Assembly: GCA_964495075.1 (NCBI GenBank)
Contig: CAZBUJ010000004.1
Location: forward strand, 13,755 to 77,754
Direction: 5' to 3'
Origin: an uncultured Phycisphaeraceae bacterium
GTDB lineage: Bacteria > Planctomycetota > Phycisphaerae > UBA1845
Length of the DNA stretch: 64,000 nt
Position 1 is the first letter of the stretch. Every line of letters begins with the position of its first letter. The notes beneath the pieces were generated by a model. It worked only from the letters and a program-made list of their open reading frames with translations. It did not search any database and was not told where the DNA came from. Shown in pieces: positions 52,237 through 60,203 of this stretch. The position numbers were made by a program, and so were the translations under genes.

Positions 52237-53037
52237 TCACGTCACCTTGCCGATCATCCGCGGGATCAGACGCTTCTTCTCTTCGTACACCCAGCGATAG
52301 TAGTCGGCCCGCCTGAGCTTGGAGCCGGCCTCCGCATCGAGCAGGACGGTCACCTCCTGGTGCATCTGCAGAACGCTCGCCGACACCTGGGCCGTGATCG
52401 GGCCCTCCAGGGCTTCCGCCACGATCTCCGCCTTCTTGGCCCCGTTGGCCAACAGCAGGATTTCCTTGGCCTCCATGATCGTGCCCACGCCCATGGTGAT
52501 GGCGAACCGCGGCACTGCCTCCATGTCCTTGAAGAACCGCGCGTTGTCCTCGATGGTCTGACGCGTGAGCGTTTTCAGCCGCGTTCGTGAGCCCAGCGAC
52601 GAGCCCGGCTCGTTGAACGCGATGTGGCCGTCGCCGCCGATCCCCAGCACTTGCAGGTCAATACCACCGGCGCGAACGATCTCGCTCTCGTACCACGCGC
52701 AGAACTCCTCCACATCCTCCGCGTGCCCGTACGGCACGTGGATGTTCCTGGCGTCCACGTTGATGTGGTTGAAGAGATTGTGGTCCATGAAGTAGCGGTA
52801 GCTCTGGTCGTGCGAAGGAGACAGGTCGAGGTACTCGTCCAGGTTGAACGTGATGACCTTGGAGAAGTCGAGGCCTTCTTCCTTGTGCCGCCGGACCAGT
52901 TCCTGGTACGTCCCGACGGGCGTCGATCCCGTGGCCAGGCCCAACACGCTGCTCGGCTTCTTCAGCAACTGCCGCTCGATGATGTCGGCGGCCAGCGTGC
53001 TCATCTCCTCGTACGATTCGGTAATGATGATTTCCAT
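52237..53037 (-). CDS. nagB: Glucosamine-6-phosphate deaminase
   Basis: Met 53037 gives 266 aa. MEIIITESYEEMS...VLGLATGSTPVGTY...FNLDEY...LGIGGDGHIAFNEPGSS is the canonical NagB pattern. Confidence 0.9.
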   Translation of the reverse strand: MEIIITESYEEMSTLAADIIERQLLKKPSSVLGLATGSTPVGTYQELVRRHKEEGLDFSKVITFNLDEYLDLSPSHDQSYRYFMDHNLFNHINVDARNIHVPYGHAEDVEEFCAWYESEIVRAGGIDLQVLGIGGDGHIAFNEPGSSLGSRTRLKTLTRQTIEDNARFFKDMEAVPRFAITMGVGTIMEAKEILLLANGAKKAEIVAEALEGPITAQVSASVLQMHQEVTVLLDAEAGSKLRRADYYRWVYEEKKRLIPRMIGKVT

Positions 53038-53466
53038 GTCTGAGCTTCTCCGAGGGAAGGTAAGGACGGCGCCGCGCGTGAGTGACGGCTCGGCGCGTAA
53101 CACATTCGCCAATGACGGACCGATCATACGGGCCCGGTCGAACCGGGGCAAGACGTGCCGTTGGCGCGTCATCCGCCACTTCAATTCCTTCAGGCGGAAG
53201 TGCGCGGCCGCCCCGTCGTGCCGGTGGTCGGAGACGGCGCCGGCGTCATGGCCAACAACGACTTGAACAAGCAGCCACGTCCCACAACAATGAGGCCCGT
53301 CATGGGGAACGGTCCTCGGGGCGTTCGATCCCGGCCGCTGGAATCGCCGTCGGAGCCGGGTGCCGCGCCCAGGCCAGGCGAAGCGGGGTGCGGCCATGCC
53401 TCGCCGGATCGACTACGGACGAAGGGCCGTGCCCGATACGGATGGCCAGGCAGGAGAACAGCGACG

Positions 53467-55857
53467 ATGGCAAAGAACTCTCGGCCGAAGTGTGCGCCGG
53501 CCCAGGCTTCCGCGAAGGCCGCCCCCACCAGCCGCGTGGAAAAGGTCGCGCTCGAACGAAGCGGCTACGACTTCATCTATGGGCCCGAGGAGAAGATCCC
53601 GTCGATCGTGGTCGATAACTTCCCCGCCCTCGGTCAGTTGACCGCCATCCGGTTCCTGGAATGGGTCCTCGAGAACCCGGAGGGCGTGGTCTCCCTGCCC
53701 ACCGGCAAGACGCCCGAGTACTTCATCAAGTACACCCAGCACTATCTCAAGACGTGGGCTCGGAACGACACGAAGAAGAGGCTGGAGGCCATGGGCCTGT
53801 CCACCGGCCGGAAGCCGGACCTGTCCGGACTGCGGTTCGTGCAGATCGACGAGTTCTATCCCATCGATTCCAAGCAGCACAACAGCTTCTTCTACTACGT
53901 TAACAAGTACTATCTCAAGGGTTTCGGGCTGGACCGGAACCGCGCGATGCTCATCGATCCGCTCAAGATCGGATTGCCCAAGGGCGTGCGCATCACCGAC
54001 GTGTTCCCCGATCTGACCGTCGACCTCACGCTCCGCATCCGGCGGGCGACCTCGCTGCTGGAGAAGCGGCAGCAGGAAGTTCTGGGGGCCGTGGACGAGT
54101 TCTGCACGGAGTACGAGTGGCACATCCGCGAGATGGGGGGGATCGGGTTCTTCCTCGGCGGGATCGGCCCGGACGGGCACATCGCGTTCAACGTCCGCGG
54201 CTCGGATCTCTTCTCCACCACGCGGCTGCTCGACCCCAACTATGAGACGAAGGCTGCCGCCGCCACCGACCTCGGCGGCATGGAAGTCGCCCGAGACAAG
54301 AGCGTGATTACGATCGGGCTGGCCACCATCACCGACAAAAAGGACGCGGTGGCCATCATCATCGCGGCCGGCGAGGCCAAGGCGACGGTCGTGGCCCGCA
54401 CCATCGAGAGCGACCTCAGCCTCACGTACCCCGGCTCGGTGCTCAGCGTGTTGCCGAACGCCCGCTTCTACCTGACGACGGGCGCCGCGTGCCGCCTCAC
54501 CAACCGCCTGTTCGTCGACCTCCAACGCCGGGAAGCCGTCCCCGATGAGAACGTCTATCGCACGGTGATGAACCTGTCGCTGAAGACGGGCAAGCCGATC
54601 CGCCACCTCAATAAGGAAGACTTCACCCAGGACCGGTTCGGGGCCGAAGTGCTGCGCAAGACCGATGCTACGCATGACGACCTGAAGCAGCGAACCGAGC
54701 AGCGGGTCCTGGACAACCTCCAGCGCGGCCACGCACCGGTCGAAAACATGACCCTGCTGCACACCGCGCCGCATCACGACGACATCATCCTCGCTTACCT
54801 GCCCTACGTCACGAACGCCGTGCGGCGACGTAGCACGAGCCATTGCTTTGCCTATATGACGTCGGGCTTCAACGCGGTGACCAACAGCTATATGTACTCG
54901 GTGGTGTCCGATCTGCTGGAGCGGCTCCGCCGCGGCGAGTTCCGCAACGTGCTCACGCCGGACTTCTTTGAAGCGGACAACGCCCTGGCCAGGCGGATCG
55001 ACACCTCGCACTACTTCGAGGGCGTGGCCCGGCACCACACCGAGATCATGCAGCACGCTACCGCCCAACGGTTGCTCCGGAACCTGATCGAACTGCTCGA
55101 AGACGATAACCTGGAGAACCTCCAGCAGCGGCTCACCGAGCTCGCGAACTACTTCCGCACCCAGTATCCAGGCAAGAAGGACATCGGGCTGGTGCAGCGG
55201 CTCAAGGGCCGGATGCGCGAATGGGAGTCCGACCTCAAGTGGGCCTATTACGGGTTCACCGGCGAGACCGTCCGCCACCTGCGCCTGGGGTTCTACAAGG
55301 GCGACGTTTTCACCGAAACGCCGACCATCGATCGCGACGTCCGCCCCATCGCGGACCTCATCGAGGAAATCGCGCCGGATATCGTGACCGTGGCGTTCGA
55401 TCCGGAAGGGAGCGGGCCGGACACGCATTACAAAGTGCTGCAGGCCGTCTCGCATGCCCTCCAACTGTACGAGCGGACCACCGGCCGCCACGACGTGCGG
55501 GTGCTCGGCTATCGCAACGTGTGGTTCAATTTCCACCCCGCCGAGGCCAACCTCTACGTCCCCACGTCGCTGACCCACATGAACGACATGGAGGCGTGCT
55601 TCGATACCTGCTTCGCCACGCAGCGGACGGCCTCGTTCCCCAGCTATCAGTACGACGGGCCGTTCTCCATGCTGGCCCGCAAGATCCAGGCCAAGCAGTT
55701 CCAGCAGATCAAGACGTTCCTGGGCACCGATTTCTTCGTCAACCACGCCGACCACGGTATGCGGGCGGCGTGCGGCATGGTCTACCTCCGCGAAATGGAC
55801 CTGGCCGAGTTCTACACCAAGTCCGCCGAACTCAAGCATATGGCGGAGAACGTGTGA
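53467..55857 (+). CDS. Long NagB-like deaminase fused to a C-terminal LmbE/PIG-L-like deacetylase domain (NagB-II type)
   Basis: SD AGGAGA precedes ATG 53467. The N-terminal half has SLPTGKTPEYF, FVQIDEFYP and GGIGPDGHIAFNVRGS (NagB motifs). The C-terminal half has LLHTAPHHDDIILAYLPY and DPEGSGPDTHYKV (PIG-L/LmbE-like). Confidence 0.8.
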   Translation: MAKNSRPKCAPAQASAKAAPTSRVEKVALERSGYDFIYGPEEKIPSIVVDNFPALGQLTAIRFLEWVLENPEGVVSLPTGKTPEYFIKYTQHYLKTWARNDTKKRLEAMGLSTGRKPDLSGLRFVQIDEFYPIDSKQHNSFFYYVNKYYLKGFGLDRNRAMLIDPLKIGLPKGVRITDVFPDLTVDLTLRIRRATSLLEKRQQEVLGAVDEFCTEYEWHIREMGGIGFFLGGIGPDGHIAFNVRGSDLFSTTRLLDPNYETKAAAATDLGGMEVARDKSVITIGLATITDKKDAVAIIIAAGEAKATVVARTIESDLSLTYPGSVLSVLPNARFYLTTGAACRLTNRLFVDLQRREAVPDENVYRTVMNLSLKTGKPIRHLNKEDFTQDRFGAEVLRKTDATHDDLKQRTEQRVLDNLQRGHAPVENMTLLHTAPHHDDIILAYLPYVTNAVRRRSTSHCFAYMTSGFNAVTNSYMYSVVSDLLERLRRGEFRNVLTPDFFEADNALARRIDTSHYFEGVARHHTEIMQHATAQRLLRNLIELLEDDNLENLQQRLTELANYFRTQYPGKKDIGLVQRLKGRMREWESDLKWAYYGFTGETVRHLRLGFYKGDVFTETPTIDRDVRPIADLIEEIAPDIVTVAFDPEGSGPDTHYKVLQAVSHALQLYERTTGRHDVRVLGYRNVWFNFHPAEANLYVPTSLTHMNDMEACFDTCFATQRTASFPSYQYDGPFSMLARKIQAKQFQQIKTFLGTDFFVNHADHGMRAACGMVYLREMDLAEFYTKSAELKHMAENV

Positions 55858-56052
55858 AGGGCGGCCCGGCGTTACGAAGTGCGAGCGGAGTGGCCAAGAG
55901 CGAATGGCGACGGTGTGCTTGACCCGACATTCCTGCCAGGCGGCGGCGCGAAGACGTCCAACCGGACATCGCGCCGCGCCTTGTTCGACGAGCGAGGTAC
56001 ACGATTGCGCGTCGCCGGCGGGCAGAGCACCCTGCCATTGCGCGTCGTTGCG

Positions 56053-57120
56053 CTATCGTAGTTCCGCGTTGAACTTTGCCAGCGTCTCCAGCATCGCCAG
56101 GTAGTGCAGGGGCGGCACGTAGTTCGGGATGGAGTTGCCCGATCCGCAGGCGTAGGCGCCGCCAGGGGCGGCGTGGGCCAGAACCGCCTTCGTGCGGGCG
56201 GCGATCGCTGAGTCCGGGCCCTGCGTCAACAGGTTCACGTCGATGCCGCCCAGCGCCGCGATGCGGTCACCGTACAGGTCCACGAATCGTTCCACCGGCA
56301 GGATCGCGTCCTCGAAACTGTGCTTCGCATCGACGCCAACCTCGTCAATCAAGTAGTCCATCTCGGAATACATGTTCCCGCAACTGTGCAGCAGAAACGG
56401 CTTGCCGTGCCGGTGGGCCAGTGCGGCCAAGCGGCCGTACCACGGAAAAACGTGTTCACGCAACAGGTCCGGGCTGACCAGGAGACCGGTGCGGCTGCCT
56501 AGATCGTCGCCCAGCCAAACCGCGCAGACGGATTCCATCTGGCAGTAGAGCTCGCAGACCTGATGGATCGCCCGGCCCACGCCGTCGAACACGGCGGCCA
56601 TCAACTCCGGTGCGTCGTACACCGCGTACATGAACCGTTCGAGCCCCATGATGTCGGTGGTGAATTCGAGCACGCCGCCGGAAAACCCGATGATGGCCAT
56701 CCCCTCGGGCAGCACGGCGGTGGCGGCCTCCAGCGGCCGCAGGTCGATCTCGTCCTGACGCGGCCAATGGAATCCCTCGAGGTCGGTTTCCGACTGAACC
56801 ACACCCTGGTGCTGGGCCTGCCATTCGCGCGTGCCATCGCCGGCCACCGCGTGGACCCGGGGAATGTCGAACGGGATCGGAGCCGACACCTTGACCACGT
56901 CGTAGCCGACCCGGTGCAACACCCGAACCATCTGGTGCGTGACCGCCGCGATGGCCGACTCACCCACCGGCACAGGCTCGTCCGCCAGCGCGGCAATCAC
57001 CTCCGGGGCGACGGCCAACTCGATCGGCGGCACCGCACCCCGGTTCCGACGCTGCACGGCGGCGAGAAAGCGGCGACAGTCCGGGCTCGGCTTGGGCATC
57101 GAATCGACTCGCGGGTGCAT
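56053..57120 (-). CDS. Uroporphyrinogen-decarboxylase (URO-D) family protein of unknown substrate
   Basis: Met 57120 follows AGGAGG. ...LHSCGNMYSEMDYLIDEVGVDAKHSFEDAILPVERFVDLYGDRIAALGGIDVNLL... resembles URO-D/MtaA-like TIM-barrel proteins. Confidence 0.7.
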   Translation of the reverse strand: MHPRVDSMPKPSPDCRRFLAAVQRRNRGAVPPIELAVAPEVIAALADEPVPVGESAIAAVTHQMVRVLHRVGYDVVKVSAPIPFDIPRVHAVAGDGTREWQAQHQGVVQSETDLEGFHWPRQDEIDLRPLEAATAVLPEGMAIIGFSGGVLEFTTDIMGLERFMYAVYDAPELMAAVFDGVGRAIHQVCELYCQMESVCAVWLGDDLGSRTGLLVSPDLLREHVFPWYGRLAALAHRHGKPFLLHSCGNMYSEMDYLIDEVGVDAKHSFEDAILPVERFVDLYGDRIAALGGIDVNLLTQGPDSAIAARTKAVLAHAAPGGAYACGSGNSIPNYVPPLHYLAMLETLAKFNAELR

Positions 57121-57601
57121 GGAAGGCGCCTCCTGGGGAAACGACGGGCGTCCCCGGCCTGGTGTCACTGGCCTACCATCCACCCCAAATGGTCGCCGGT
57201 CAAGCACTCGCACTGCCACCGAAGGGGCCGCGGACTCGCCAACCGGCGGCCTGGAGGACCGACGCCGTCCCCGGTTATCGGTCCTGGCCCGATTCGCCGG
57301 CGCGGTCTCACGGGCCGGCCAAACCGCCCAGAATAACCCGCAATTCACAGGCCTGACGGCCGTTTCTCCGGTTTTTGGGGCCGGGTAGCCCTGGCACGGC
57401 GGCGAATTTGGTTATATAATCTAGCAAATGCGGTGAGGTTGCGTTACAATCTGACTGACACGACCTGACTCGGGGATGGGACGGTAGGCAGTGCGGTGCG
57501 TGATAAGCGGCCTACGGGTGCGCGGTTTGCGCCCGGTGACCGCGAAGGGTGTGCAGTTCAGGCACTCGGGTTGGTGCGCCCGGCAGCGAAGGAGGAGCGT
57601 T

Positions 57602-58675
57602 ATGACACGGTCCATTCAGAGGGCTACGAAGCGTGGCAGGCTACATCGACGATCGTCCCTGGGCTTCACACTGATCGAGCTACTCGTCGTCGTGTCGATC
57701 ATCGCACTCCTCATCTCGATTCTCCTACCATCACTAACCCAGGCCAGAAAACAAGCGAAATCCGTCGTATGCCTGAGCAATCTGAAATCGCTCGGAGGCG
57801 GTGTGTTGACTTACGCGGCTGACTTCAACGACAGACTGCCCGGCCCGTTGCACCCGGCCGTTTACAAGTACCAAACGGATCAGGCGTATCGAGATTTCTT
57901 TGAGCCGGACCCAAGTCTTGAATGGATACAGTTCTTGCGAAGTCGACAGCTCACGTGGAAGCTGCACACGGCGCTGGGGCAGAAAGCGCAGGGCTTGAAG
58001 AAGAACATCGCCGACGACATCGCGACGTGCCCCGTGCTCCAAGCGCTCATTCCAGACGAGCACTTCGCGGACTCGGAAGGCGCGATCGGTCATTTCGTGT
58101 TTCCCACTCACTACGCACTGAACAACTACGGGAGTTGGCTGGACACGGGTGACGGTGTCGGGACGCGCGGCAGCGCGCGCCCCACGAACCCGATGTACTA
58201 CTTCGGATACTCGCCAGCGCAGCTGCCGAGTGGCTGGAGTGCTGAGCTCCAGCGGCTGGTTCGTGAGAATCCGCCTCGTCCGACGTCGCAGATCAAACGC
58301 GCGCAGGAAGAGTGGATGATCGCTGATGCGTGGTGGCGTGAGAACGTGGCGGCAGGCCTGGAAGCCTACCAGCAGGAAGGCCCCTACCAGTCGTCGTGGA
58401 GCGGTGCGCCTTATCCGGCCTTCGCGCCGCACTTCAAACGCGGCAGTCGCGCCGTGCCGATGGACACGGATGCCCGCCGCGAACTGGCCCGCCGGATCAA
58501 AGCCAGCAAGCAGGACGGCAAGACCAATACCGTCTTCTTCGACGGTCACGCCTCGTCCGAGCGATCCAAGGAGTTGTGGGACGGCGAGTTCCCGATTCTC
58601 TACGGGTTCAAGGGGACCGTCAACGTGCCTCCGGACAAGGACCTGGCGAGCGAGTACGGCTGGGTCTGGAAGTAG
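57602..58675 (+). CDS. DUF1559-type prepilin-like protein with N-terminal cleavage/methylation motif
   Basis: SD GAAGGAGGAG. GFTLIELLVVVSIIALLISILLPSL is the prepilin methylation motif. The C-terminal KTNTVFFDGHASS is the DUF1559 hallmark common in Planctomycetota. Confidence 0.85.
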   Translation: MTRSIQRATKRGRLHRRSSLGFTLIELLVVVSIIALLISILLPSLTQARKQAKSVVCLSNLKSLGGGVLTYAADFNDRLPGPLHPAVYKYQTDQAYRDFFEPDPSLEWIQFLRSRQLTWKLHTALGQKAQGLKKNIADDIATCPVLQALIPDEHFADSEGAIGHFVFPTHYALNNYGSWLDTGDGVGTRGSARPTNPMYYFGYSPAQLPSGWSAELQRLVRENPPRPTSQIKRAQEEWMIADAWWRENVAAGLEAYQQEGPYQSSWSGAPYPAFAPHFKRGSRAVPMDTDARRELARRIKASKQDGKTNTVFFDGHASSERSKELWDGEFPILYGFKGTVNVPPDKDLASEYGWVWK

Positions 58676-59221
58676 CCGGTTCGACGGTAGCGGACGGGAC
58701 ACACTGCGCACGAAACAGCGGGGCAGACAGGACACTTCCGCGATCGGTGGCGGGCGACAGGGTGATCGTACGACCCGCCGCGAAAACCACCTGTCGCAGG
58801 AGAGCGCTGGGATCGTCCGGCCACGATTCCGGTCGTGCGTGCCGGCGATCGATAAGGCGCGAACTCCTTCGTTGAGGTGACGCGGAGTGGTATGACGGGC
58901 GTTGCGACGGTCGCGGGGCAAGCCGTCGCGGCACGTAGTGCCGAATAGGTGTGTGGGGAAAGAAGGGAGGTTGCGGTGTCGGCCGGCGGCGGGGTAACCG
59001 CGACGGCCGCAGGGGAAGGACGCACCACGGTGGGCGAACCGTGCCCGCCCCGCTCCTCGGGAGTCCGGTCACCGGACACCACACCGGAATCAGCACCCCC
59101 ACCCATTCGATCCGTGAGGCCGTGTCTCAACGGCGCGTTGGCCGGCTCAGGGCCGGTGGAGCGAATGAAATATCAGGCATAGAGGACTCTTGGCTCTCTC
59201 ATTAACGGAGGAGGACGGACA

Positions 59222-59947
59222 ATGAAGAAACTGTTAGCCCTTGGAGTCGCGATGGTCTTCGCTACGACCGCGCTAGCGGACTACTCGGATGATTTCGACG
59301 GGTATGCCGATCAGGCGGCGTTCGATGCGGTCTACACCCAGATCTACCCGGACTACCCGATCATCCTTGACCAGGCGGTCGGCTACAGCGACGGTCAGTC
59401 CGTGCAGGGGCCATCGACCGACGCGAACTATCGTCATCGGGCGTACGTGAACCTCGACACGGAGTACATTGGCACCAATGACGACCCGCTGACCTTCGAG
59501 TTCATGTACAAGCTGGAGGACGCGACCGACTGGTGGTCCCGCAACTACTTCGAGATCCGCGGGTACACCGGCGCGGGCTATGCCGATGGCGACCTCGAGG
59601 AGTTGATCGCGCTCGGTGCCACCAGCAGCGGCGTGGACACCACGGTCTACAACGCCCGCATCCTGACCGGCGACGGCTGGATCAACACAACGACGACCAA
59701 GACGACCGACTGGGTCAAGCTGACGGCCCTCATCAAGACGGACACCGTCGAGGTTTACGTGAACGACGTGCTGAACTACACGTCGCCGCGGACCCCCGGC
59801 GTCAGCTTTGACAGCGTCGTGCTGGGCTCCGGCCTCAGCAGTCGGGTCGAGACGCACTTTGACGACCTGCTGATCAGTGGCATTCCGGAACCGGCTTCGC
59901 TGGCCCTGTTGGCCCTGGGCGGTTTAGCGTTGATTCGTCGCCGCTAG
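59222..59947 (+). CDS. PEP-CTERM-anchored small secreted jelly-roll (LamG-like) protein
   Basis: SD GGAGGAGG. Signal peptide MKKLLALGVAMVFATTALA. It opens DYSDDFDGYADQAAF, has HFDDLLISG near the end, and terminates with IPEPASLALLALGGLALIRRR. Confidence 0.8.
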   Translation: MKKLLALGVAMVFATTALADYSDDFDGYADQAAFDAVYTQIYPDYPIILDQAVGYSDGQSVQGPSTDANYRHRAYVNLDTEYIGTNDDPLTFEFMYKLEDATDWWSRNYFEIRGYTGAGYADGDLEELIALGATSSGVDTTVYNARILTGDGWINTTTTKTTDWVKLTALIKTDTVEVYVNDVLNYTSPRTPGVSFDSVVLGSGLSSRVETHFDDLLISGIPEPASLALLALGGLALIRRR

Positions 59948-60203
59948 AGTTCGCTCGGCCGTCCGCGGCCGGTGACGCGACGCGGCGCGTCAACATCTTG
60001 AAGAGTCGGTGACACGAGCGGCTCCGTTCCGTCGCTGCTTGGACGGGGCGGAGCCACTCGTGCGAATGTCGGAGTGCGCCCTTGTCCACGACAGCACCGG
60101 GCGCTGCGGATGAAAAAGGGTTGGTGGTCCCGCTGCCGCCAGGCGGCGGCGTGAGAGAGGGCACCACACCCGATCACGAATCACAGTTATGGAGGAATTG
60201 GAT

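Noticed and set aside
53413-55839. Very long antisense ORFs in the track. Examples: 53413..55839 (-) 808 aa, 26282..28756 (-) 824 aa, 47565..49835 (-) 756 aa, 24277..26085 (-) 602 aa, 1179..2300 (-), 8290..9318 (-), 20947..22599 (+) 550 aa and 62976..63986 (-).
   Set aside because: Each lies opposite a CDS with clear family motifs. Each has Arg/Pro/Gly/His-rich low-complexity composition and no recognisable domain. Such shadow ORFs are expected at this GC content.
57392-57412. TGGCACG resembling a sigma-54 -24 element, and TATAAT (57415-57420) and TACAAT (57445-57450) boxes upstream of the DUF1559 gene.
   Set aside because: There is no TTGC at the required -12 spacing for sigma-54. The -10-like hexamers lack convincing -35 partners (CTGGCA and CTAGCA only). 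This is noted as an AT-rich likely promoter region but not called.
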